Shown piece by piece: positions 36,191-48,613 of a stretch of 64,000 nucleotides of DNA. The position numbers and the translations under genes are program-made. This DNA is from Azolla caroliniana (taxonomy: Eukaryota; Plantae; Polypodiophyta). The DNA is taken from the NCBI GenBank assembly GCA_043228905.1, contig JBHGNT010000020.1, forward strand, positions 2,976,001 to 3,040,000, written 5' to 3'. Positions within the stretch are counted from its first letter, which is position 1; every line of letters starts with the position of its first letter. The notes beneath the pieces are model-generated. The model was not told where the DNA came from. It saw only the letters and a list, made by a program, of their open reading frames with translations, and ran no database searches.

Positions 36191-39100
36191 GTATGCTCTA
36201 CCTTTAATCTCCAGTCTTTTAGAACGCATTGGTAGGGAGAAACATTTTACCAAATTTGACCGGGAGATGAGTGGAAAACTGCATTTCGTACTCGGTATGG
36301 TCATTTCGAGTATATAGTCATGCCTTTCGGCCTCACAAATGCACCCGTAGTATTTCAACATATGGCAAAAGACATTTTCCGAGATTTCTTGGATATCTTT
36401 CTCATCATCTACCTAGATGATCGGTTGATTTACTCTAAAACACAGGACGAGCATGATATACATGTGCGGAAAGTACTTGAACGCCTAAGAAAGTATGGTC
36501 TTTATGCCAAACTTGAGAAATGAAGTCTTGATTGCAAACAAATCGAATTTTTGGGATACACTATTTCATCCAAGGGTATTTTCATGGATCCGGGAAAAGT
36601 CCAAACAATATTGGAATGGAAACCCCCATGCTCAGTTCGGGACGTCTAGTGTTTCCTCGGATTTGCAAACTTCTATCGCAAATTCATACGTAATTATTCA
36701 AGAATTGTGTTGCCCCTCACCCAACTCACCAAGAAAAATCAAGCATTTTTTTGGAGTATCGAAAGAGGTATTCACATCAGCACCTATCATAGCGCATATT
36801 GATCCCGAAAAGCAGTTTACTATTGAGGCGGATGTGTCAGACTTCACATTGGAAAGTATTCTATCGCAACCAGGCGAGGATGGGCAGCCTCATCTAGTCA
36901 CGTTTCACTCGGGAAAATTTACTGTTTTGGAGATAAAGTATGAGGTGCATGACAAGGAGTTACTAGCTATGGTTGACTCATTCGATTCTCAATGACGTCA
37001 TTTTCTAAAATGATCACCTCATCAGATTATCATTTATAGTGATCACAAAAATCTCACATATTTTCAAACAACTCGAGTATTAAATAAACGACAAGCTCGG
37101 TGGGCCCAATTTCTAACGCGTTTCAATTTCAAGATCATTTTTCGCCCTGGAAAACAACAAGGGAAAGCAAATGCGTTGTCTCGGCGTTCGTATCTTGCTC
37201 TTCGACATGGAGATCCAACCTTTGACAATCAAAAGCAGATTCTCCTCGGGCTATCAAAGCTACAGGCAACAACAATTTATGCCACACCACTTGCTTCTAG
37301 CCTTCTTGACACTATTAGGCAACAACTTCACTCTGATGATTTCACTAAGGATGTCTTAGCCCACATTGGTTCAAGCCGTCCATCTTGCTCCACATTGCAA
37401 GGGTCATCTCAACATTATTAGGACTTTACGTCCCTGACGGATCACCCCGACTTCAAGTGTTAGAACATTGTTATGATGCCCCCATGGCTGAACATTTTGG
37501 TATTGCCAATACCATTGACCTGGTGAAACGTTCGTTTTGGTGGCATCACTTGCAAAAATTTGTCGAAGATTACGTTCACACAAAAGACACCTGTTGTCGC
37601 GCCAAAATACCCAGGCATCATCCTTATGGCTTACTACAACCATTACCACCTCCCAGGAAGCCATGACAATCTATTTCTATAGATTTCATTACGGATCTGC
37701 CACCTTCCAAAGGCTTTGATAGTATTTTAACAATAGTGGATCGGTTCACAAAGATGGCACATTTTGTACCGTGTGTAAAGACCATTAGTAGTGAAGAAAC
37801 TGCAAATCTCATTATGCGTGAGGTGTTTCGCCATCATGGTCTCCCAAATGATATTATTAGCGATCGAGGTCCTCAATTTATCTCACACTTTTGGAAGCAC
37901 CTATGGATAGGCCTCAAAATCTCTTGCAAACACTCTTCGGCTTATCATCCATAAACTGACGGACAAACAGAGCGCACAAATCAAACACTTGAGCAGTATC
38001 TTCGATGCTTTATCAGTTATCAACAAGATGATTGGAGCAATATTTTACATCTTGCCGAGTTTGCATACAACAACACCGTACACTCTTCTACCAAAGTTAC
38101 ACCTTTCTTTGCCTACACTGGCAACCACCCTCGATGGTGTTTCTTGGATCTTCCTGAGGTGTCACAAAACCCTAGTGCGGCGCATCACCTCCACTGACTA
38201 CAACAAATCCAGTTTGAGTTATCTTCACATCTTCAAAAAGCGCAAGCACACCATAAGACCAATGTCGATCGGCATTGTCTTAAGTCTCCTTTCAAGGTTG
38301 GTGACCGAGTATGGTTGCTTTGTCGTCACATCAAGGCTACCCGTCCGTGTGCTAAGCTCGATTATCAACTCGATTATCGATCCTTTTGTCATCACAACGC
38401 GGATTAATGATGCAACATTTCGTCTTAACCTTCTTGCACATATGCGGCTTCACTCAGTCTTTCATAGCTCTCTTTTGGAACCTTGTTGCACCTCTTTAAT
38501 TCCTAATCGTGTCGTACCACCACCGTCTTCTGTCCAACTGGTTGACGTCCCCGAATACAAGGTAGTTGCTATTCTTAATTCTAAGATTGTGCGCAATAAG
38601 CTTTATTATCTAGTTGATTGACTTGGCTATCCTCCGAGTGATCGCACTTGGGAACCTATCGATAACATTTGTAATGCTCAAGCATTTTGATGTCGACGAC
38701 TTCCATCACCACTATCCAAACAAACCTGGCTCTACAACTTCAACTCGACATTCTCGAAGAAGGGATAGTGTCATGAGCACATGACCATTATGGCGTCACC
38801 CGGACTTGAACCTCGAACCTTGTAATCCATAATTGAAAACCTGAACCATTAAGATAGCTTATTGTCATATGAGAAGATAAAATCTACTTTTTGTATTACA
38901 TTGATTATTGTAAAAACTGTAGATCATTCTAGAATGTCCTAGAACATTCTAAAACATTCTAGAAATCTCTTAGCTATTCTATAGGAACCTATAAAGAAGG
39001 GCATACATGTATTCTCAAATCAATTCGAATCAACACCAGTCTTAAGCTCTCATTGCATATCTTGTATCCATTCTCTTTCTTTCTCTATCTTAATACACCC

Positions 39101-39649
39101 ATTATTCTCTTAGCATTTCGTTCCTTTCTTCTCGTGTTTCCTTATATCCTTCTTCCATCTATCTTTTATATCTTTTATTCTTGGTTCTAACACTAACCGA
39201 CTCAAGTGTCGACTATCCAGTCAGGCCGACTAGTCGGTCGTGTCTTCGACTTGGATCACCTTTTATACTGTCGACTCCCCCTTGTCATCGACAATCGGCT
39301 ACACCTTGTCTTCGACTGTCGGCTCTCGGCCCGACCAGTCGGCTCCTCCCATAAGAGTGACATATTCCTAACAAACTCCCCCTTCACTCCTATGGGTGGA
39401 GTTGGTTAGTCCTGTCCTTTGTCGACAAAGTCTGAATCTGTCCATTGGTAGGTTCTTAGTCATCATGTCGGATCCATTGTCGTCAGTATGGATCTTCGCA
39501 AGGGTAAAATATCCTTCCTCCACTTCCTCCCACAACCATCGAGATCTCCTCTATATATTCTTGGTCAGGGAATGGTACACAACGTTATTGGCTAGATGTA
39601 TGGTGCTTTGGCTGTCACAATGAAGCAAGAACCCCTTGTGCTTCATCCC

Positions 39650-42600
39650 TGTTGAGAATCAAACTCAACTTCCAATAGGAATAGGTTCACACTAGCCCAT
39701 GGACATACCAGGCTAGTTTTGTAAATAGCAGAAAGGATGCTTGCCCTAGCTTAGTTGGTATATAAACCAACTCATTGTAACTTAGTTGTTGTAGGATGTT
39801 TTATGTTTTTGATACAATTTATCTATCTCTCTCGTAAGAGCTGTGTGTGTGTGTGTGTGTGTGTGTGTGTTGTTACACGTACACACACATACGTTCACCT
39901 TCCATTGCATTGCAATCACCACAAACTCCATTTATTAACATGGTATCAGAGCGTGTGGTTGCCTGATCAAGCATTTTCGATTGTGTTGTGCTGCACACCG
40001 ACGATCAACAGAACCAGCCCATCGACAGAGAAGAAATCACCATGAATACTCAAATGGGAAGCGCTCTTCCTACCGAGAAGCTCGACAGAACAAACTTCGC
40101 ATCTTGGGAATACAAGATGCATCAATATCTTGTCGGAGAAGGCTACTTGAGCTACATCGAAGGAGCTCACGAATCACACCCCAACCCAACACACGCTGAC
40201 TATCCCAGTTGGGAGCAAGCACCAAGCCGTGTGTTGTATTGCCTTGCATCATCCGTTCATGATCATATGCTTGGCTACATTCGAGGGGCTAAAACGCCGA
40301 AGCAGGAGTGGGAAAACCTCAAGAAGATCTTCGTAGCCAATACGGCCGCACGAAAGCTCCAACTTCGACAGGAGCTGAACAATCTTCAACAAAGGGACAT
40401 GTCAATCGGCAATTATACCTTGACGATCAAGGAGCCATGTGACGCCCTTGGATCGATCAAGGTTGTCATTGATGATGACGAACTGGTGCAGATATGCCTC
40501 GGAGGCTTAGCACCGCATTTTGGCGTGATTAGATCAACCATTCTTGCAAGGGAGAACCCTCCCTCCGTCTTCAACCTTCAGTCAATATTGCTGGTCGAAA
40601 AAAATCACGCTCGACAGAGGAGCAACGCATCACATGGTCATCTACTCTACTCCCAGTCGGATAATAGAAGAGATTTTCGCCGTGGAAATAAAGGTTGTTT
40701 CGGACAAGGCCATAACGATCGGCGGAATCAAGGGCGTAACTCCCACCAGTAGCAAGCGGACAGGAACGGGTCCAGAGAGCTTGGCAGAAGGGGGAGTCAT
40801 AATGCCGGACCAAGCAATCGCCGAAACCCAGTCGAGTGCGGGTACTACGGAAAACCCGACCACTATGAAGAAGAGTGCCGAAAGAAGAAACGTGAGGCAG
40901 ACCGACAACTCACGAACTACACCACGAACTCCGACTACGGCGACCATGGAGAAATGTTCATAATGAAGCATGAAGCACACTCGATGACTGCATTTGCGAC
41001 AACCAGCACCTTCACTACTAATAGTGTATGGTTTGTCGATTCGGGAGCTTCCAATCACATGACTTCCCATGAAGATTAGTTCCGGGAATTATGGAAGCCC
41101 GAACGTCCCGGATATGTCGAAACAGGTGATGATACGACTCATCCAATACAGCATATCGGGAATGTCCCATTCGGAAACGATGGCGAACTAACCTACCTCA
41201 AGAACGTACTGCATGTTCCCACCATCACGAAAAATTTGGTCTCGGTAGGCCAGATTGTAGAACAAGGAATGCAGGTACGCTTCAACAACGATGGGTGCTT
41301 CATTGAAAGAGGCGATCAAATCGTAGCTCACGGTAGACGAGAAGGTCGTATGTTCATCCTCAAGTCGAGCAAAGTAAAGTCGGCTATGTACGCAAAGGGC
41401 CAGAAAGTCGAAACCGACTTAAAATTGTGGCACAAGAGAATCGGCCACATCAATCTCCAGAAGCTTCAGAACATGCAGACAAAAGGAGTCGTAATTGGAC
41501 TCCCAAACTTTACGGCAAAGGAGATCACAGGCATGTGCGAAGCATGCCAATTCGGAAAGCAACACCGTCATCCATTCCCAAAAGAGCGGAATGTAAGCAA
41601 AGGGATCCTGGATGTCATACATTCAGATGTGTGGGGACCAGCCCAAACAACTACTTTCGGCGGGTGCCATTACTATGTCACGTTCATCGACGACCTCTCC
41701 AGAAATACCTAGATTTATCCAATGAAGCAAAAGAGTGAAGTGTTCGGCCACTTCCAGAAGTTCAAAGCCGAAGTGGAAAAAGCCACGGGCCGGCATGTAT
41801 GCTGTCTTCGATCAGATGGAGGCAACGAATATTTTTCGGATGAGTTCTCGGCGTATCTCCGCAAGGAAGGAATCCGACGAGAGTTCTCGTGTCGACATAC
41901 ACCTCAACAAAACGGTGTAGCTGAGCGTAAAAACCACCACATAGTAGAAGTCACACAAGCCATGATGAATGAGAAGAACCTGGTGAAATTGTACTGGGCA
42001 GAAGCGGCGAACACAGCCGTATACCTCATGAATAGGTGCACAACCTCAGGAGTACACGACATAACTCATGAGAAGTTCTTTGGAAAGAAGCTGGACTTAT
42101 CACATGTCCGCATTTTCAGTTCTATCGCCTACGTACATATTCCCAATGATACACGACAAAAGCTTGACCCAAAGTCAGAGAAATGTATCCTCATAGGATA
42201 CTCACTCGAACAGAAGGGGTACAAATGCTACAACCCATCTACCTGTATGGTTCGAACAAGTTGAGACGTAGTCTTCGACGAATAAGCATCCTGCTACGCA
42301 CCAGAGAACACTTTGACTCCAACCCCGCTCGACACGGATGACACTGAAATAGAAATAAAAGCTGAGGATCGGCTCACACAGATGTCAAAAGACAACCCAG
42401 TTACAACACGGCTGGATGGGCCATCAGAGCCACCGAGTGATGAAAGCACATCTCGGCCGAGTCTGAAGTTGGACAAAGGCAAGGCAAAAATGCAGGAATA
42501 TGAAGATCATTTCGATCTTGACAGTGAGTTCAATTGCCTTGATATCCACACGGACGGCGTGAAGAAACCCCTAGAATCCGCAAATGACAAGCCACGCCGA

Positions 42601-44765
42601 TCCACGCACGAGAAGAACACCGTAAACCGCTATGGCTATGACAAGTACATGGCGTATCATTACACATTCATGATGAAGGTGGCGTCAGTACGGGAACCGG
42701 AAACGCTTTCCGAAGCCGCAAAGGATCCACGATGGATCAACACAATGAATGAGGAGATGGAAGCGTTATGCAAAAACGAGACATGGGATCTCGTTCCTCA
42801 CCCCCCGAACAAGAAACCAATTGGTTGCAGGTGGATTTATAGGGTGAAGCACAATGTCGATGGTTTCGTAAATCGCTTCAAAGCACGGCTCGTTGCCAAA
42901 GGCTACGCATAGACACACGGCATAGACTACGAAGAAACCTTTGCCTCGGTGGCAAAGATGACGATAGTACGGACCGTAATCGCACTAGCAACAGCAAAAG
43001 GGTGGCACCTCCATCAGATGGACGTGAAACACACTTTTCTCCAAGGAGAGCTAGAAGAAGAGGTGTATATGACACAACCACCCGGATTCGAATGGCGTAA
43101 TCATCCGCACGCCGTATGCCGACTCAAGAAGCCACTCTATGGCCTCAAACAAGCACCGCGTGCTTGGCATTCGAAGATCACGCAGTATCTTCACCAAGTC
43201 GGATTTCGGATGTCAAAACGAGTCAGATAGCCTGATCTATACATTCAAAACGAGTCGGATAGCCTGATCATCATCCTCATGTGCGTGGATGATTTCGTCA
43301 TCGGAGGAAAGGATCTCGTCGAGATCAAAAAAGTCAAATCACTTCTTTCCAGAAAATTCGAAATGAAAGTCTTACACGAGCTCCATTACTTCCTAGGTAT
43401 TGAAGTAATTCGGACACCAATCCGAATAATGATCTCTCAACGGCAATACATTCTCAACTTACTTTACAAGTTCGGAAGACGAAGTGCAAGCCTGTGTCTA
43501 CCCCTCTTGATCGCAATATCAAGATTGATGCCAGTTCCGGCACGACCAAGACTGAACCGACTCAGTATCGCCAACTAATCGGTAGCTTGATCTATCTCAC
43601 CATTACGCGACCCGCCCTAAGTTATTTCGTTGGCTTACCTAGCCAATTCACACAGAATCTGTGTAACCTTCATCTTGATTGCTCTAAGAGGATACTACAG
43701 TATGTTAGTATGACAATGGATCACGACATCTTATATAAGTCGAATACGAGAGTTCGACCGCGGGCAGGGCAAGATACCAAGCAGATAGACGATCCACATC
43801 CGGATTCGTCTTCTCTCTCAGCAATAGAGCGATCTCCTGGAGCAGCAAGAAATAGCCGACAGTCGCACTGTCGAGCACAGAAGCCGAATACAGGGGTGCG
43901 GCAGTCGCCGCATGTGAAGTCATATGGCTTAAGCGCGTACTAAAGGATCTGGGCGTTCCCATCAAAGATCCAATACGCCTGTACTACGACAACATGAGCA
44001 GTATCTACTTGGCACGCAACCCCGTATTTCATGCATGGACTAAACACATCGAAGTGCACTATCACTTCATCCGCGAGCGCGTACAAGCCGGAGAAATTGA
44101 TCTCCAACATATTAGCACGCACCTTCAGGTTGCTGATATATTTACGAAGGCCTTAGGAGTAGACAAGCTCAGGAAATTCGCATCGGATCTTGGTCTTATG
44201 CCGCCTACATTGCCGAGCTTGAGGGGGAGTATGCAGAGTACGCATTGATATGCAGATATGTATGCCGAACTTCAAACCGAACAGATGGAAGTTGTGTTCG
44301 AAGGGGCGTGTTGAGAATCAAACTCAACTTCCCATAGGAATAGGTTCACACAGGCCCATGGACATACCAGGCTAGTTTTGTAAATAGCAGAAAAGATGCT
44401 TGCCCTAGCTTAGTTGGTATATAAACCAACTCATTGTTTACAACTTAGATGTTGTTGGATGTTTTATGTTTTTGATACAGTTTATCTATCTCTGTCGTAA
44501 GAGCTCTCTCTCTCTCTCTCTCTTGGTGAAAACACACAATTATATTAATAAATGTGTGTGAAAAACACTACTTACAATACGTGTGACAATGGAGTATGGT
44601 CACACACTAACCAGACTACACTACATGGGTAGTGGAACATGTTGAATTGCCAATAGGCAAGACGAACACTCCACCGAGGAAAGAATTTCCACTTGTTCCA
44701 ATAAATATCTCAATATCTCAGAAATAGGAAAACAATCTCCATCTCTGATTTTGGGTCAGCCAGTG

Positions 44766-44845
<80 letters not shown>

Positions 44846-44914
44846 GTTACACGTACACACACATACGTTCACCTTCCGCTGCATTGCAATCACCACAGAC
44901 TCCATTTATTAACA
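39650..44914 (+). mobile_element. Full-length decayed Copia, related internally to 13698..22363
   Basis: TSD ATCCC (39645..39649 / 44915..44919); LTRs 39650..39940 and 44309..44914; PBS TGGTATCAGAGC 39941..39952; gag, PR (FVDSGAS), IN, RT (FKARLVAKGY), RNase H (KHIEVHYHFIRE). Confidence 0.95.
44524..44769. other. 246-bp foreign insert inside a (CT)n tract of the 3' LTR
   Basis: Absent from the matching 5' LTR; flanked by (CT)n on both sides; no TIR or TG..CA pair seen. Confidence 0.8.
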
Positions 44915-47041
44915 ATCCCCAACTGACTATGAAATTTCTCGTATAGATCAACTGACCGATGCCATTTTTGAAGTTGTGACTGCCATGACACCGCTCCCCC
45001 TACATAGGTCATCACGTACCCTAAAGTGGATCGACTTGAGTTTGTGTCCCTCAACATGTTGTTTCGAAAGCTACCACTGTAGCCTTCATCATCCAACTTT
45101 CCAGTTGATATCAGATTCAATCTATTATTGGGGACATGTTGAACTTCCCTCAAAGTCAGTCGACAACCTATCAACGTCATTAGGCTTACAATTCCTATGC
45201 CAACTGTCTTGCACTCATCATTATCTCCCATCTTGACGTAGCCATGGTCCCCGGCTATGTAGGTCGAGAATCACTCTCTCGACGGAGTGATATAGAAGGA
45301 TGCACCGGAGTCAATCACCCAGGTGCACTCTTCTCTTGCAAGATTTGTGCTTGCATGCTCACAAATGAACATGATCTCCTTTGCACTCATAGCTATGACT
45401 GATCTTCCCTTTTCATCAGGAATCTTCTTGGGTTCAACATTATTACCAACACTCTTGTCCTTCTTGAAGTGTTCACAGTCCTTTTAGAAGTGTCTAGGCT
45501 TTCCACATTAGAAACATGTTAGTTTTCCTCTGGACTTGGATCTAGCATGGGACTTTGTCCCTTGTTTGTGGACTTCTTTGTCTGTTCCTTCCTCTGTCGG
45601 TATGTTGAGTCAAGTTTAACTCCGACTAGGACAAGACTGTTGAGAACGCGACTGTCTAGGTGGGGAACAATCTCAACACTCTTTTGTGAGGAGATCATTA
45701 ATAGATGCAATGAAGAAGATTGATGGCAACTAAACACAGAATCAAGAAGGAAGATCAACAAGAACAAAAGAGAGAGAGACGTTAGGCACAAGATGAACTA
45801 TATTTGCGACAACCAGAAAGCTAGGTTACAAAGTCGGTTTATATACTAACTAACTTAGAGCAACTACCCTTCTCACTATTTACATAAATAGCCTAAACCT
45901 AGTGTGTACAAATGGAGACAATGTGAATACGTTCATTAGAGACCCGCATTCAACACTCCCCCGTAATGGGTGTATATATCGAAAATCCGTAAATCGAAAT
46001 AAATGTACAATACAGATTGATACAAGGTTTTTCGAACAAATTGAAAATTTCGTTTGAGTAGGTGAACTTTGAAAAACAAAAGGATGAATTGGCCAAGATT
46101 GGGAAAACTAAGATTGAGCTTCAAGCTGTCAAAGTCGATTATTCAAAAAACATCCTGAGTGTCTGAATTAATCGGACTGGTTCTTAGTTACGCCCATCTC
46201 GTGCCGTCAGTTGTAGATATCTTTTCGAGGCCGACTTTTCCCGAGATGATGCAGTCCCGAACAAAGTGATATCAAACTTCGATATTCTTGGAGGCATTGT
46301 GATGAACCGGATTTTTTGACAAAGCAACAACACCCTGATTGTCACTACAGACAACAAGAGTCGAGTCAGATTTGACTTGTCGAAATGTGCAAGCCAATCG
46401 ACCGAGCCATAAGGCTTCTTTTGTTGCATTGGACGTAGCTACATATTCAGTCTCGATCGTTCATGTGGCAGTGCACTCCCTTGAGATTGCTCCATTACCT
46501 AACTTAAAGCAGTATCTGGTTGTCGATTTTCGACTATCCACACATTCAACAAAGTCTGAGTCGGTATAGCCGACTATGCCTGAGGAGTCGTTCGGGCTGA
46601 ATAGAATGCAAGGTCTTTTGTGCCCACCAGATATCTGAACACATGCTTTACTGCATTCCAATGCAATTGGCCAGGGTTGTGCATGAATCTACTGACGACT
46701 CCTACGGCGTGAGCAATGTTAGGCCGTGTTGCGACCATCGTGTACATCAGGGAGCCAACTACCGGTGTATACAGTACCTACTTCATGGTTTCCCCCTCCA
46801 AACCGAATGTCGGACAGTCTCGCTAAGATCGCCGAAGGCTAATGGGGAGTGGAGTCGAAGCAAATTTCGCCGATTGCATGTTGAAATGGTCGACAACATG
46901 TCTAATATAGTTGGATTGGGACAGAAACAATTGTCTTCGATTTCGGTTCCGACTAATCTTCATGCCAAGAATGTGTCTTGCCGGACCGAGGTCCTTCATG
47001 GCAAACTTCAACCGAAGTTGTTGAACGAGTTCGGCAAGCTC

Positions 47042-48613
47042 TGTCACGGACACACCAACCGCAGACTAGGACGGAGCACGGATGACAAGGCTACGAGGAA
47101 CTTAAGAAGTTAGGAACGACATAAGAGAATGAAGATAGAGATGAAGAAGGAGACGAGATGGAATGAAACGACACTACTAGATTGATGTGTCAATAAATGG
47201 TGTTGAATCCCTTGAAAGGGACAAAGGCGGTTACAAGTATTTATACTTTGAGTTGAAGTACATGCATTAGAATATTCTGGAGATTATTCGGGAGAATATT
47301 CTAGAACCCTCTAGAACCTTCTAGTTCTAGAACTTTCTAAAAGGACTTGAAATCGATAATCTACTATTAATCTACTAAGATATGTATAACATGATTATAT
47401 ATTTGGTTGTGTTGGTCAGAACACAACACTTGACTATATACAAGAGGTCAAGAGTTCAAATCTTGACATGATTGTTGTCATGTCTGTGACATTATCCTCC
47501 CCTTCACGGCCGCCTTTTCGAAAGCGTAGTGTAGGGGTGAGCTGAAAGAGAAAACCAAAGTACATTGAGGAGTGAGTGACTATGAGCAGTCCTCACCATA
47601 AATAGGAGTACGGATGAACGCGAGCGACCGTGTGTGATCCTCACCAGAGACTAGAACACCAACGAGCATGAGAGACCATGTACAATCCTCACCGGAGACA
47701 GTAACACCAATGTGAGTGTGAGTCACCATGTTTGGTCCACACCGGAGACTAGAACACCAATGTGAGTGTGAGCGACAATGTATGTGAACTGAAACACAAA
47801 CGGGCATGAGCAACCATGTACGGTCCTCACTGGAGATTGAAACACCAATGTGAGTGACCATATGCGATCCTCATCGGAGACAGGAACACCAACGGATGTC
47901 AGCGACGACCATGTGCGGTCCTCACCGGGAACTGGAACACTAACGGACGTGAACGACCATGTGCGGTACTCACCGGGAATTGGAACACCAATGGGTATGA
48001 GCGACCATGTACGGTCCTCAATAGAGACACGAACACCAAGGGCGTGAGAGACCATGTACGGTCTTCACTGGAGACAGGAAAACCAATGGAAATGAGCGAC
48101 CATGTACGGTCCTCATCAGGAACTAGAACACCAACAGGCGTGAGCAACCATGTGCGGTCCTCACCGGAGACACGAACACCAACGGACATGAGCGACCATG
48201 TGCGATCCTCACCGGGAATTGGAACACCAATGAGCCTGAGAGACCATGTACGGTCCTCACCGTAGACACGAACACCGAAGGGCGTGAACGACCATGTGCG
48301 GTCCTCATTTGGTGTGTCCATGACAGTTTGAATCCCTTGAAAGGGAAAAAGGAGGTTACAAGTATTTATACTTTGAATCGAAGTACATGCATTAGAATAT
48401 TTTGGAGATTATTCGGGGGAATATTCTAGAACCTTCTAGTTCTAGAACTTTCTAAAAACTCCTAGGAATTGAAATCAATAATCTACTAATAATCTACTAA
48501 GATATATATAGCATGATCATATATTTGGATGTGTTGGTTAAAACACAACACTTGACTATATACAGGAGGTCAAGTGTTCAAATCTTGACATGACTGTTGT
48601 CATGTCTCTGACA
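47042..48613 (-). mobile_element. 1.57-kb non-autonomous chromovirus-type mini-element
   Basis: TSD AGCTC (47037..47041 / 48614..48618); complete 3' LTR 47042..47491; PPT GAAGGGGAGGATAA (-); 5' LTR only U3 + R start (48328..48613); no gag/pol. Confidence 0.9.
47575..48308. repeat. 48-bp minisatellite, about 15 degenerate units
   Basis: Unit ~GAGCGACCATGTRCGGTCCTCACCGGAGACACGAACACCAACGGGCGT; period 47-48 counted at 48003/48050/48098/48146; translates as a 16-aa repeat (EDRTWS...). Confidence 0.92.

Larger units (their letters stand above)
11055..39192 (+). mobile_element. Outer chromovirus (family A), expanded to 28 kb by nested insertions
   Basis: TSD CTAAC (11050..11054 / 39193..39197). 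LTRs 11231..11652 and 38769..39192 plus LTR stub at 11055. gag 11727..12890; pol pieces 12891..13697, 22369..23710, 35535..35551, 36196..38768 with chromodomain. Confidence 0.92.
10484..45602 (-). mobile_element. Host Copia: 3' LTR split as ~10484..11054 + 39193..39373; deleted body 39374..39649 and 44920..45602
   Basis: LTR start TGTTAGGAAT (-) at 39373 preceded by PPT GGAGTGAAGGGGGAGTT. RNase H tail, GYVMTYVGGAVSWQS fused to the protease region (large deletion), and gag knuckle ~45500. Left boundary tentative; 5' LTR not seen. Confidence 0.75.

Noticed and set aside
36196-38768. Numerous stops suggesting an alternative genetic code or RNA editing
   Set aside because: Stops arise mostly from CGA/CAA/CAG/TGG transitions and co-occur with frameshifts and deletions, as expected from decay of methylated DNA.
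38791-38863. Functional tRNA genes
   Set aside because: Acceptor and anticodon stems do not pair; only promoter boxes and spacing are tRNA-like, so these are reported as cassettes.
47575-48308. CRISPR-like regularly spaced repeats
   Set aside because: The whole 48-bp unit is repeated with no unique spacers, there are no cas genes, and the context is a eukaryotic retroelement.
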